From positions 1-64,000 of IMG/VR virus record IMGVR_UViG_3300036766_000678: DNA of 64,000 nt; one strand, given 5' to 3'. How positions within the stretch are numbered: position 1 is the first letter of the stretch; each line of letters opens with the position of its first letter. Under the pieces are notes generated by a model. The model searched no databases, was not told where the DNA came from, and saw only the letters and a program-made list of their open reading frames with translations. Source of the stretch: a virus. Positions 40,183 to 50,871 of this stretch are shown in pieces. The translations under genes and the position numbers were made by a program.

Positions 40183-40530
40183 TTACCACAATTTGAAATG
40201 TACTGCTACATGTGTATTGTGTGTTTCTGTTGGGTCATTTGCCGCTAATAACTCGTACTTCTCGTATGCTGCTCCTACACTAAAATATACTCTAGGAGTG
40301 AGAGAATAATTAATGTCCAATCCTCCAGACCTATCTCGAAATCCTTTATTTGTATCAAAAGACCCATAAGGAGCTAAACTTAACGGGCCATATAAAGGCT
40401 GTGTAATATTTAAATTTACAGATGTACCATTTCCAAGAGTAGAATTATGATTTCCTCCTACGGTAAGCCAAGCCTCAGAAAAAGCACAAGTAGGTACTAA
40501 CAAGATTATAAAAAGTTTTAATAGTTTCAT
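40183..40530 (-). CDS. Small secreted beta-barrel-like (outer membrane) protein
   Basis: Signal peptide, amphipathic strands, C-terminal VHFKLW. Confidence 0.55.
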   Translation of the reverse strand: MKLLKLFIILLVPTCAFSEAWLTVGGNHNSTLGNGTSVNLNITQPLYGPLSLAPYGSFDTNKGFRDRSGGLDINYSLTPRVYFSVGAAYEKYELLAANDPTETHNTHVAVHFKLW

Positions 40531-40533
40531 ATT

Positions 40534-41280
40534 CTATCCTTTTATTAATTTAGTAATATCTCCAAAAATAATAAATACCATAAGTAATCCTAATAGCACA
40601 AAACCAAGAATATTCCAGATTTCGTATGCTCTATTTGGAAGTTTTTTTCCCCGTATGCCTTCAATAATATATAGTAGGACGTGTCCACCGTCCAATCCGA
40701 AAATTGGTAACAAATTAAACAATCCCAAACTCAAAGACACTATCGACAATAAGAAAAAGAACTGCATAACACTTTCTTTTAATGAGGACACCATAAGTTT
40801 TGTAACCATAATAGGCCCTGCCATATCTGACATATGAGATTGAGCAGTAAATACCCCGCCAAACCATTTTAATGTTTCATGAATAACAAACCATGAAATA
40901 TCACCTGTTCGTTTAACAGCAGCGAAAACTGGCCAGTGATTAAATAGAAGAAGTGCATAAATCATAGCTAGACCTAGTAAAAGATTCATAACTGGCCCTG
41001 CAAGAGCAATTAAAGCTCGTTTATACCATGGCACAGCAAAGAAGCCACCTTTTGTATTATCTGAGGGGTCCTCTTCCGCAAATTGCACGAAGCCGCCTAA
41101 AGGTAACAACCTAAGTTCATAAGAAGTCCCTTTAAATAAGAAGCCCAACAATCTAGGTCCAAACCCAAATGAGAACTTTAATACTTTCACTCCAAATGCC
41201 TTAGCTGTAAGCATATGCGCTAACTCATGAAGTCCAATCACTAACCCAAATCCTAAAATAACAACAAGAATACTAAGCAT
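40534..41280 (-). CDS. Site-2 (M50/RseP-like) intramembrane protease, no PDZ domain
   Basis: HELAH, GFGP, LAGP, NLLPIFGLDGG. Confidence 0.9.
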   Translation of the reverse strand: MLSILVVILGFGLVIGLHELAHMLTAKAFGVKVLKFSFGFGPRLLGFLFKGTSYELRLLPLGGFVQFAEEDPSDNTKGGFFAVPWYKRALIALAGPVMNLLLGLAMIYALLLFNHWPVFAAVKRTGDISWFVIHETLKWFGGVFTAQSHMSDMAGPIMVTKLMVSSLKESVMQFFFLLSIVSLSLGLFNLLPIFGLDGGHVLLYIIEGIRGKKLPNRAYEIWNILGFVLLGLLMVFIIFGDITKLIKG

Positions 41281-41396
41281 TTAATCTCCTTATGGGTGTG
41301 GTAATCCAGCTAAAATCATTTCACCACATTGGGGGCAGTGAAACATTCCAATAGGTTTACCTTTTAATGGTTCAGGGTCAAAGGAACATTTTTTCA

Positions 41397-42398
41397 TTAT
41401 TTCTTATGCTCCTGAATAAGTTTTAACAATTCTTTTTGTAATTTCTCATCCCCACGAAGAGTGGTAAGAAATTCTTCCATCCCTTTAACTGTTGTTTCTC
41501 CAAAGGTAAATTTTGGGCCATGGGATTGAACAATTACTCCTGTTTTAAGTCCTAAAGAAACAATATCATCGATCTTATCAATACCCTCAACAAAGTTAAG
41601 GAGAAAATCTGCTGTTCTAAAAGGTGGGGCAACTTTATTCTTAACTACTTTAATACTAACACGATGCCCCAAGATATCTTCTCCATTCTTAATCTCTGAT
41701 CCAAATAATTTCTTTACTTCAAGACGTTGTGAGGAGTAAAATTTTAGACTTTCGCCGCCTGGCGTGGTGAACGAGATTCCTCCAGGGCTAAAACCACCAA
41801 TTTTCTGACGCAACTGGTTGATAAAGATAACAACAGCTTTGCTACGTCCAATAGCTCCTGTTAAACGGCGTAACCCTTGACTCATCATGCGCGCTTGCAC
41901 CCCCATTGTCTGCTGGCCCATCTCGTTTTCTATTTCACTACGGGGAACTAAAGCTGCCACCGAATCAATTACCACCATGTCAATATTACCAGTTTGAACA
42001 AGCTTTTCCACAACACTCATAGCTTCTTCCCCACTCTCAGGATTACGATAAATGACATTATCTGCATCTACCCCAAGTTTGGTTGCCCATTCTGGGTCCC
42101 AAGCATTTTCACTATCGATTAAGGCAACATTCCCACCAAGACGTTGAGCAGAGGCAAGACCAAGAAGACTTAATGTTGACTTACCACCAGAGGGCTGACC
42201 ATACATTTCAATAATGCGACCTCTAGGATAACCACCGCAACCTAAAGCAAAATCAAGACTGGCTGATCCTGAAGGAATGGCATCAAGCTTTTCCACTTCC
42301 AAATTACCAAATCGTGCAATGGTAATGTCAAGCTCTTTAGCCATTTGCTTTAATTGAGCATCTAGTGATTCTTTTGTTTCTTCTTGTTCTTTGGCCAT
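41397..42398 (-). CDS. recA: RecA recombinase
   Basis: GQPSGGKST, IDSVAAL, FINQLR, TPGGESLKFY, KNKVAPPF. Confidence 0.97.
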   Translation of the reverse strand: MAKEQEETKESLDAQLKQMAKELDITIARFGNLEVEKLDAIPSGSASLDFALGCGGYPRGRIIEMYGQPSGGKSTLSLLGLASAQRLGGNVALIDSENAWDPEWATKLGVDADNVIYRNPESGEEAMSVVEKLVQTGNIDMVVIDSVAALVPRSEIENEMGQQTMGVQARMMSQGLRRLTGAIGRSKAVVIFINQLRQKIGGFSPGGISFTTPGGESLKFYSSQRLEVKKLFGSEIKNGEDILGHRVSIKVVKNKVAPPFRTADFLLNFVEGIDKIDDIVSLGLKTGVIVQSHGPKFTFGETTVKGMEEFLTTLRGDEKLQKELLKLIQEHKK

Positions 42399-42425
42399 AT
42401 TATCTCCTCTTATCTTTTATTCCTT

Positions 42426-42989
42426 TTAGAAAGGAAATTTGCTTGTTGCCCTTGGAGCGACAGGTGCCACTACTGGTTGCACATTTACTACTGGCGCAAC
42501 TGGTGTAGCAACTGTTACAGGAACCTGTTGAGAAACTACGGAAGTTGCTTGAACGGCTACCTTTGCTGGACCATGAGCTAATGGGGCTTGCGCTAACATA
42601 GTCTGCAATACCTGGGTGTCTACCTCAGTCATTGCTACTAAGCTATCCACATTTTGGTACTCTTCATCATTTTCTCCAACTGTGCTTTTAACAAAAGCTT
42701 TGGTATAAACACCCAAAAGCTGATCTGTGTCTAGATTGACAGCTTGTTCTGGCGAAATGCCAAGAGAATTCAACCAAGAACCAAGTCTGCTCTTTGGTGA
42801 AACAACTTTCGAAGTAGAACCAAACACCCAACGTTTCTGAAATGGATTTTGCTGTATCTCAAACTTCCAATTTAGATAAGCGTTTCCCTTCTTACTAACT
42901 TTTTCAGCAATCTCCAAAATCTTAACGAAATAAATATTATCGGGGATTGGTTCGTATTCGCGTTTCTCTGCTTTTTGTAATTGTACCAT
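42426..42989 (-). CDS. DUF669-like putative ssDNA-binding protein
   Basis: YEPIPDNIY..SKKGNAYLNWKFEI; Pro/Val/Ala-rich tail ending in PF. Confidence 0.55.
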   Translation of the reverse strand: MVQLQKAEKREYEPIPDNIYFVKILEIAEKVSKKGNAYLNWKFEIQQNPFQKRWVFGSTSKVVSPKSRLGSWLNSLGISPEQAVNLDTDQLLGVYTKAFVKSTVGENDEEYQNVDSLVAMTEVDTQVLQTMLAQAPLAHGPAKVAVQATSVVSQQVPVTVATPVAPVVNVQPVVAPVAPRATSKFPF

Positions 42990-43749
42990 TTTTATTTCTC
43001 CTATTATGTTTATTTAAGTACTTAATTAAATTTTTCAATGTTTCAACATTATCTTTTAAACGACCTAAAGCAACATTACAATTACTACACAACAATCCAC
43101 GAATGCACTTGCCACAAGATTTAGCTTTTGGGCAGCAAGCATGGTCATGGTCTACAGTTAAAAGTTTTCCCAATTCTTCCACAGTTTTAAGACATCCTAA
43201 ACATGCACGATTTTGTGTATTAAGTATTGCATTATATTTTTCATCAGTTAAACCATAGCAATTCTTAAGGTGATGCCTTCGAAAATATTCTACTATTTTC
43301 TTCTTATTTAATTCCACGTATGTCTTCCTTTGTTTTTTAATTTTCTCTTTATTTTTTGGCAGATAAACTTCTTTATAGGCTTTAATTTTATCCGCATTGT
43401 CCTTCGCATACTGCTTTTCATAATCTCTACGGCAAACTTCACACATATGATTAATTCTTCCAACAACGGCCATATCATGCCCATTCTTGCAAAAATCCTT
43501 CTTACGAGCATCTTTATTTGGGTCAATTCTCCTTCTTTCACGCCTACACTGGGTACATTCCCAATTACTTCTATCTCTACCTACTATAAAGGTATCATGC
43601 CCATTAACACAGAATTGTTTATGTTCAATTTTATCTATATTATTAATCTTATAGACTCTCACACATTCCTTACACGCTCCTGATTTATACCTACCAACAA
43701 GAGCTATTTCATGCCCATTTTTACAAAAAGGTTTCTTAGGCTTTGCCAT
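42937..43749 (-). CDS. Endonuclease VII-family homing endonuclease with three FCxNGH modules
   Basis: QNRACLGC...VDHDH...RGLLCSNCNVALG. Confidence 0.88.
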   Translation of the reverse strand: MAKPKKPFCKNGHEIALVGRYKSGACKECVRVYKINNIDKIEHKQFCVNGHDTFIVGRDRSNWECTQCRRERRRIDPNKDARKKDFCKNGHDMAVVGRINHMCEVCRRDYEKQYAKDNADKIKAYKEVYLPKNKEKIKKQRKTYVELNKKKIVEYFRRHHLKNCYGLTDEKYNAILNTQNRACLGCLKTVEELGKLLTVDHDHACCPKAKSCGKCIRGLLCSNCNVALGRLKDNVETLKNLIKYLNKHNRRNKNGTITKSRETRIRTNPR

Positions 43750-44674
43750 ATCACAGATTAATATTCTTAATCATTCCTCGATTATTTCCGCTGATATTTT
43801 GATCGAGCTGCAAGACGGTGATCTGACGGCTCAAGTTGTTATTTGCTGACTCCAGGTTTGAATAAACATTTTGTAATATTTTCATAAACCAACTTGCACG
43901 AATGCTTGCTATTTCGGCATGATGAAGCTTGAGTACAAGATCAGTCATGAGCATCTTAGCATGAGTATTTCGCATTTCTGCACTCTTCTGTGCTGCAACT
44001 GTAGCGTTTGTTGCAAGAAGCATTTCTAGATTCCTATCATATTCCCCTTGCACTCTTTCATGATCAATCTCATGGGCAGCTACATTCCGCATAGCTTCCA
44101 TTACTAAGGAACTGACTCTATCTTTCTGCAACTGACACTCAGCCAGTTTCACCAAGATTGAAGATAGACCGAGTACGGAAGGATCTGGGTCTAGGAAAAA
44201 CTTAATCTTACTAACTTCTTCCAACTTCTCTGCCATCTGTTCTTCTGTAAGTGCCATATTATTCTCCTGTAGGTTCTTGTGGGAAAGTAGTCTCAATATC
44301 TTGTTCTGTTAAATATTTGCATTGGGCAAAAAGCTTACTGGATGCTTCCAACAATTCTGCTCCAGATGACACCTCAACGTCCGTAGTGAGAGTAGAATCA
44401 AAAGTGTAGCTTTGAAAATTGACAGTTACCTTTCGTCCATAGGTTTTTGTAATAACAAATTTCTGTTTAACGCCTTCAACCATATATTCTCCTTAACCTA
44501 AATCCTCGCCGCAATCTTTACAATGCATATCTGGTTCCCATCCCATATTATACCACACAATTCCATTTGGATGCTCTTTTATTCTGCATAATAAATTTGC
44601 AAATGATTCACTTTTAAATAAATAAGCATACCAACAAGGTTGCAACCACTTAGGAAGATAATTATAAATCCAAC

Positions 44675-45166
44675 TCATTTTTCCAATTCCCTTGATCTTT
44701 CTATCCACTCTTTCATTATAACAGATGAAACAGAAGATTGCAATACCTTATCTAATTCACAAAGAAACCTCATAACCTTATCTACTAATTCTGGCCTTCT
44801 ATATATAATATCTCTGCACGTCTTCGACACGCTCATGTTCAGTTCATCTGAGTAATCTACTTCTTCTTTTACGGCCAAGCCGTCGAGCGTTTGAGTAATA
44901 ATTTCTAATACTTCGGTATCTCCTTCCAATTTCTCTTTCGCAGCTTTATAACTTATTCCTTCTAATTTTGCTATAAAAGAAGCAGCGTCTCCTCCCATAC
45001 TCATTCCAAAATCAAACCAGGAATTTGTTAAACTGTAGACAGTAAATGAGGGTGTGTGATTGATACTTATCTTAAATGGACTTGAGCCTCGATAGATACC
45101 CTCGCCTATAGGTACTAATTTTACTCCAGCTTCTTCAACTAATTCTTTAATGTTCTTTTGGGACAT
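44675..45166 (-). CDS. Primase zinc-binding-domain (CHC2)-like protein lacking its ligands
   Basis: SPFK...TPSFTVY...WFDFGMSMGGD..FI.KLEG. Confidence 0.7.
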   Translation of the reverse strand: MSQKNIKELVEEAGVKLVPIGEGIYRGSSPFKISINHTPSFTVYSLTNSWFDFGMSMGGDAASFIAKLEGISYKAAKEKLEGDTEVLEIITQTLDGLAVKEEVDYSDELNMSVSKTCRDIIYRRPELVDKVMRFLCELDKVLQSSVSSVIMKEWIERSRELEK

Positions 45167-45906
45167 TTATCTATTCCTTTTATTCTTCGTTAAAGAGCAT
45201 TATTGATTCTCTCGTAAATTAATAGTTGTAAAAGCCACTTTAGCTTTTAGTACACAATTATAACAAATTCCACAACTATTTGTATAAAGTTGAACTGCTT
45301 TTATGCCCTCTATTTGGTATATGGCACAAAATGTTATCAAATCAACTATATCGTTATGCTCCATTTTATCTCTCCTTTCATTTAACCAATACCTGTTGTA
45401 GCTTTACAAATAGCTCTACAGCTTCTTTTCTTGTAATATGCAGCCTTGTACGTCCAAGAGCTAATAACAATCTCTTACGTTTACGATCTCTTGGTCTTGC
45501 TTCTTTCTTTAATGGGATTAGTTTAATCATTGTTGAGGTCCTTTCTGCTGTAATAATATTGAAATAGTACGTACTTGTTGTTTAAGTGTACAAGTATCAC
45601 AGGTAACAAAATTACTATAAGGACTCCATTTTGCCAAAGTGTGCCCACAATCTAACATCGCAATACCACCATCAGTGACTTTAACTATTGTACTCATTAG
45701 AATTCTCCTTCTTAGCCTTTTCCACTGCTGCTTGAGCTTCTTCAATCTGCTTGTCTATAGCCTTTAATTTTTTACCAATATCTAAATATGTTTTACTATG
45801 GGAATATTTTGAAAATTTTCCAGTTCCAGAATAACTTGTATAAGACTTAACAAATTCTTGTTTTTTAATTTTTAACATAAATAATTGTTCCTCTTCTTTA
45901 GTCATA

Positions 45907-46593
45907 CTAATTGGCAGCCTTTTTATTTTTCATAGCAGAAGTTGCCTCATCAAGTGTGTTGAAAGTTCCTAAGTACCTATGGCAAATAGAAACTTGAAAT
46001 TTACCATTACTCTTTTTAGCAATTCCTACAGGCAATCCACTATTTTGACGTTTTATTTCATATCTATTAGGCAAATTAAGAATTTGTTGCTTTATATTTT
46101 CATCTACAATAGCTTTTCCACTTCGTATTCGTGCAAGAATAACACCTAAAAAGTGTGAAACTGGATCTTTGCTTACCTTACTGGGAGGAATTCCAGTTTT
46201 TTCATAAAAGGAAATAATTTCTAACGCATTTTTATTACTCTCGTGCTGTCTGAATGTTGGAACCTTTTTATATTGATTTGAAAAACTTTCATCATAACAA
46301 TCACCATGGATATTTGAAAATCTCCCCCAATATTGACTTAATCTTTTTTCATTTGAATTTAAACTAACTTGGGACGGTAAATAGCCATGATTTTTTATAA
46401 AAAGAGCAATCTCTTTTTGAATTTTAATAATTTTTTCATGCTGAAATTTAAAATTATATTTCTCACGTAACAAATTTAAAAATTTAGGATCATAACTAGG
46501 GTTCTCACTTCGTATATAATTATAAAATAATGCTGACAGATATTTTTCTTCAGGGTCACTAGAGTGTGATGCAGGAAACCTATACTTCTTCAT
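45907..46593 (-). CDS. Helicase-associated-like repeats plus C-terminal AP2-like domain
   Basis: FIKNHGYLPS..EKRL, FYEKTGIPPS; GKFQVSICHRYLGTFNTLDEA. Confidence 0.55.
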   Translation of the reverse strand: MKKYRFPASHSSDPEEKYLSALFYNYIRSENPSYDPKFLNLLREKYNFKFQHEKIIKIQKEIALFIKNHGYLPSQVSLNSNEKRLSQYWGRFSNIHGDCYDESFSNQYKKVPTFRQHESNKNALEIISFYEKTGIPPSKVSKDPVSHFLGVILARIRSGKAIVDENIKQQILNLPNRYEIKRQNSGLPVGIAKKSNGKFQVSICHRYLGTFNTLDEATSAMKNKKAAN

Positions 46594-46988
46594 ATTCCTA
46601 ATTCACTATATAAAGCATGAACACTTTCTTTTAAGAAAACACCAGATAGTCCAAAACCACATTCATATCTATATATGGAACTAATATCATACTCAATAGG
46701 ATCATTAGAATTCATATGGAGTCTTCGTCGTGTCTCACGTATAAAATTTAAAATCTTATTTGCATTACATTCGAAACGATTAATTCTCTCATTCCACGAT
46801 TCTATTTTCTCACCTTCTGGTTTAGGAAAGAATTTCTCGATAAGTTTTCTAAACTCTGGATCAAAACTTGAACTAGAAGGAGCCATATAAGAATGCATTC
46901 GTTGAGCATGATGTCTTTCTTCCAAATCTATGCTAACTGCACTAGGGCGTTTATACCTCTTCATAAGCATGCGCCTCGATCCATTCAA
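46590..46988 (-). CDS. Paralog of the 45907 N-terminus (probable start MKRYK)
   Basis: MKRYKRPS..SIDLEE...FDPEF versus MKKYRFPA..SDPEE...YDPKF. Confidence 0.5.
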   Translation of the reverse strand: MNGSRRMLMKRYKRPSAVSIDLEERHHAQRMHSYMAPSSSSFDPEFRKLIEKFFPKPEGEKIESWNERINRFECNANKILNFIRETRRRLHMNSNDPIEYDISSIYRYECGFGLSGVFLKESVHALYSELGI

Positions 46989-48495
46989 TAATTTCTTTCT
47001 TATTTCCTTCTGGATCTTGATAGGAAGTACCCTCTAGAGCCTCTAGGATCTCATTAGGAGAGGCTTTATGGTATGTTTCGATGGGGCGATTACCAAACTG
47101 CTTTACATCGTCAAATACATCAAGCTGCATTGCCTTAAAGTAATCCATAGGATCTATAAACCGCACCACAGGAGAAGTTGGAACCTTCTTTTGTTTCTTA
47201 TGTTTTATCTTCGTAAGATCTGTCTTCGTAAAAATAATGTTTCTATTTCGAATACTACCAAGACCTTTATAATTAGTTAGACCTTCTGAAGTAAGAAGCC
47301 AAAACATAACCTGCATTATGATGTCTGTTTGATGTCTTCGGTCTGGAGTAGTCACCTTCAAAAAAAATTTAGTTTTACCACCTTCTGGACGCATAAGCCT
47401 ACCATACTTTTGTTTCTGGGCTGAAGGATTAAGACCAAGGCTTATATCAACACAATTATCTAGTCCTGGAAAGTCCCAAGCCAATGTAGCTCTATCTACT
47501 ACCACAAGGAAATTGTACTTATTATAATCTAGATCTTTTGGGTTACTAAACACATCCAAATTATTAGAAGTGTCATCATTATCTGAAGTACTAAGCAAAA
47601 CACTGCCTGGATAATGAAAATTAAACTCATCATAAAGATCTTGGGCATGAGTAATTCCATTAGCAAAGATAAGAGTCTTACCAATAGGAAGGAAGGGAAG
47701 TTTCGTCTTACCAAGGAAATTGCCCAAAGAAGGCCAATAACGAGTTTGAGCAAGACGTTGTAAAACTACTTCAACAATGCGCTTTGTCTCTTCTTTAGGA
47801 AGTTTAGCTTCTACACCTTTCAATGTTTCCCAAGTAGTTTCACTATAATCTGCTTTCGTAATGTCTTTATAGGCTTCTGCTACTTCTGTCGTAGGAAGTA
47901 CCGTATAAACTTCGCCCTCCTTACGTCCTTCACGAATCAAATCTATGGCTGAGAAACCAAATATCTTCACACCTTTCTTATCTATAAATTTATCAGGGGT
48001 GGCCGTAAGATAAAGCTGTTTAAGTCCTTTACGTCCAATCTGCTTTGTGATAGATCGAACCATCTTCCCTTCTGTTTGATGGTGTGATTCATCTATTAAA
48101 AGAAACTGATATTTAATTAGAGGTAATTTACGAATAGTGGAAGGAATTCCAAGAACAACTCTTGCATTAGGATTATAGTCTGATTTATTCTCTACCACAC
48201 AGACATCATTTTCTACAAAGGAAAGATTTTTTTCTTCAAGTATAGAAAATAACCTTCTTTTAAATTGATTACGAATGTCTTTACGATTGTGGGCTAAGAT
48301 AAGAACTTTCCAAATAGGATTTAATTGTAATAGTTCTGCTATAATATTGATAGCCATATTCGTTTTGCCACTTCCCACTTCAGAAGCAAGCAAGACAATT
48401 TTATTTTTAGTCTGTAAAAGTTCTGTCACACAAGACGTTTCAAGCGTTACTTGGTAGGGTCTGACTTTATATTTCTTTTTAGTTAAGGTTTTCAT
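46951..48495 (-). CDS. Superfamily 2 helicase
   Basis: VGSGKT, IDESHH, LTATP, QKYGRLMR. Confidence 0.85.
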   Translation of the reverse strand: MKTLTKKKYKVRPYQVTLETSCVTELLQTKNKIVLLASEVGSGKTNMAINIIAELLQLNPIWKVLILAHNRKDIRNQFKRRLFSILEEKNLSFVENDVCVVENKSDYNPNARVVLGIPSTIRKLPLIKYQFLLIDESHHQTEGKMVRSITKQIGRKGLKQLYLTATPDKFIDKKGVKIFGFSAIDLIREGRKEGEVYTVLPTTEVAEAYKDITKADYSETTWETLKGVEAKLPKEETKRIVEVVLQRLAQTRYWPSLGNFLGKTKLPFLPIGKTLIFANGITHAQDLYDEFNFHYPGSVLLSTSDNDDTSNNLDVFSNPKDLDYNKYNFLVVVDRATLAWDFPGLDNCVDISLGLNPSAQKQKYGRLMRPEGGKTKFFLKVTTPDRRHQTDIIMQVMFWLLTSEGLTNYKGLGSIRNRNIIFTKTDLTKIKHKKQKKVPTSPVVRFIDPMDYFKAMQLDVFDDVKQFGNRPIETYHKASPNEILEALEGTSYQDPEGNKKEIIEWIEAHAYEEV

Positions 48496-48501
48496 GTATT
48501 T

Positions 48502-48530
48502 AGTATAGCAGAAGATTGTTATCTTGTCAA
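48502..48530 (-). promoter_or_regulatory. Sigma70-type promoter P5
   Basis: TTGACA-N17-TATACT. Confidence 0.85.
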
Positions 48531-49900
48531 GGGATATTATTACCTACTTGACTTGTACCACCAAGTTGCAATTCTTCTATCTTTGAAATCACCCCATCCA
48601 CAGAAAGTGTAGCAAAAGCATCTGCTGAGTAACGACTCAAATTAAGAGCAAATTTTGCAAATCCTTTGTTCCCATTTTTCTTGAAATCTTCGAGGTTTTC
48701 AATAACAAAACTAAAAGCTCCTGATACTTCCTTTAAAGGTTGTGAACTTAAACCCAAATCTTCAGGGGCAATATTTTTAGAATCCTCTTTAGCATCACGC
48801 GTACCTTGCAGATTCGAATGCGCGGTCATAAGCATGGGAAGACGTAAATCAAGAGCAGTGAGAGCAAGTTGTTGACTAATTTCGCTCATCTTTTCCCACA
48901 TTGGCATATTCCTTTTATCATTTGGCTGCATTCTACCGAAATGATCAATAAGAATTGCATCTACAGAACGAGTTTTATTTAGTTCTTTAACTTTATCAGA
49001 AATATAAGCAGCAGAGCTTGAAGTTAAAACCTCGTCATAGTAGATATTCTGCATAATAGGATTTACATGGTTTTTACAATCCTGCAAAAACTGCATCCAT
49101 TTTGTCTCCTCATCCAACGAGAGTTCTTTTGACTGAATACCAAGGAAAGGAATTTTAAGCTCTGTAGCAGCTACTCTCGCATGAAAAGTTTCCCTGCTAT
49201 CTTCATTTGAATGAAAATAAACAAACAAACCACGTTTGGCCAAATTCACGGCTATACATTTTAAAAGAGTACTTTTAAATCCCTTCCAAGGAGCAATAAT
49301 TAAATAAAGACTTCCTTTTGGAATTCCTTTCATAGTTTTATCTATACTGGGTATACCTAATCTAAGTCGTTCATAACGTTCTGGATGAATCTTATTATCA
49401 TCGTATTCCCATAATATCTTGTCGATATCAGCATCAAGAGTTCCAGATCTAACCACTTCTGTTTTAAACTTATTCTCAATAGTTACTAAAGATCGTTTAA
49501 GTTCCTCAATGGATTTGTCTACCTTACGTTCCGAAAGTGTCTCAACACTACGACGAAGTGCATGTTCAACAAGTGCCTGTTTATGATATTGGAAAAGTTG
49601 GTCACATAAGAAATTTATATCTGTATCTAGGGGTTCTAATTGAAGTTCATTGAATAATACTGTAATGGATTGCTGTAAATCTTCAGAAATAGTAGTAGAT
49701 TGTTTTAAGAGTCCTGCAAGCTCTGTGGCAGATAAAAGAGATCCATAATTACTGGTGAAATAATTTGATATAGTATAAAGCTTACCTGCTGTTTTCCATT
49801 GAAAAAAACCTTCATCTATTCCCCTTTGTTGGGAAATAGAAGCAACTTGAAGATCTTTTAGAATATGGGTAAGAAATTTACGTTCTAGTTGTTGATCCAA
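48527..49900 (-). CDS. dnaB: DnaB-like replicative helicase
   Basis: APWKGFKST, NED, LIDHF, TAHSN; N-terminal helical domain. Confidence 0.8.
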   Translation of the reverse strand: MDQQLERKFLTHILKDLQVASISQQRGIDEGFFQWKTAGKLYTISNYFTSNYGSLLSATELAGLLKQSTTISEDLQQSITVLFNELQLEPLDTDINFLCDQLFQYHKQALVEHALRRSVETLSERKVDKSIEELKRSLVTIENKFKTEVVRSGTLDADIDKILWEYDDNKIHPERYERLRLGIPSIDKTMKGIPKGSLYLIIAPWKGFKSTLLKCIAVNLAKRGLFVYFHSNEDSRETFHARVAATELKIPFLGIQSKELSLDEETKWMQFLQDCKNHVNPIMQNIYYDEVLTSSSAAYISDKVKELNKTRSVDAILIDHFGRMQPNDKRNMPMWEKMSEISQQLALTALDLRLPMLMTAHSNLQGTRDAKEDSKNIAPEDLGLSSQPLKEVSGAFSFVIENLEDFKKNGNKGFAKFALNLSRYSADAFATLSVDGVISKIEELQLGGTSQVGNNIP

Positions 49901-49918
49901 ATGGATACCTCTAGGTAT

Positions 49919-49947
49919 ACTATACAGGGAACTACAAGATTTGTCAA
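49919..49947 (-). promoter_or_regulatory. Sigma70-type promoter P6
   Basis: TTGACA-N17-TATAGT upstream of dnaB. Confidence 0.7.
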
Positions 49948-49989
49948 GACTGTCTGCTTATTACGAATACAAAAGATAAAACAAATTAT

Positions 49990-50871
49990 TTACGACAAAT
50001 CATTACTGTCACGAAATCCAATAAAAACAGGGAATCTAGGAGCAATTAGGGCTCCTGCTGCTTGAAACTTATACTTAACAAGTAATTTAGAATACTTCTT
50101 TCTATGATCCCAAATCTCTTGCCGTAAAACATCATCAAAACCAGTGCCAATCTTAAATTCCACCTTTGTCTTAATATCCCTCACCTGCAATGCCCCTAAT
50201 GTTCCTGTCTTAATCATATTCTCTTGGTGAGAAGATCGTTTAGTGCGTCCTAGTTCATCCTTCATGGCTTCATTGGCATTGTGTTCTCTTTCCTCAAAAT
50301 CTAATATTTCTGCTTCGCTATCCGTAAATCGTTTGATTTTTTGAAGGTAGCCTTCTCTTGCTGTACTTCTACCACACTTATAAGGACTTGAAGCTGTTCT
50401 AATCATGATACCCTCGAATCCCTTTTTAACACACTTATTTTCATAAGATAAAAGAGCAGAAAGTGATGTTAACTCTACTGGCAATAATTTAACACAGAAA
50501 TCTGGTAATTCAAGCTTTTCCAATTCATCCATTCGTTCATTATAGGGTTTATCTAACTCACCCGAAACATAATCAAACACGTAGTACCGGAAATCTGGCT
50601 CCCCACTTACACTCATTACAGCGGAAGCAACCTCATTGAATTCCTTCCCCTCAAGGATAAGTTCCCCATCTAATCCATCAGGAAGTTCCATTTGATGTAA
50701 TTGGTCTTGGATATATCTATTTGGAATAAGCTTAAAATTCCTAGATACCGCTTGCCCATCCATTATAAGACACCGGATGCCATCCAATTTTTGTGTGCCC
50801 AATACTGGGAATTTAATAGCATCCATGCTCTCTACACTACAGGCGAGCATTGGCTTAGTTATTTTATTCAT
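49990..50871 (-). CDS. ATP-dependent DNA ligase
   Basis: KLDGIR, DGEL, FD, EGIMIR, KIK, OB domain with PRFPVF. Confidence 0.92.
   Translation of the reverse strand: MNKITKPMLACSVESMDAIKFPVLGTQKLDGIRCLIMDGQAVSRNFKLIPNRYIQDQLHQMELPDGLDGELILEGKEFNEVASAVMSVSGEPDFRYYVFDYVSGELDKPYNERMDELEKLELPDFCVKLLPVELTSLSALLSYENKCVKKGFEGIMIRTASSPYKCGRSTAREGYLQKIKRFTDSEAEILDFEEREHNANEAMKDELGRTKRSSHQENMIKTGTLGALQVRDIKTKVEFKIGTGFDDVLRQEIWDHRKKYSKLLVKYKFQAAGALIAPRFPVFIGFRDSNDLS

Noticed and set aside
41931-41933. AUA reassignment suggested by the long-arm UAU tRNA
   Set aside because: An ATA codon encodes the conserved Ile in RecA (SEIENEMG versus E. coli AEIEGE). This is a single spot check, not a full test.
42937-42989. 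53-nt overlap between the EndoVII and DUF669-like genes as a frameshift
   Set aside because: The downstream gene has its own AGGAG RBS and ATG; the overlap is explained by run-on of an inserted endonuclease.
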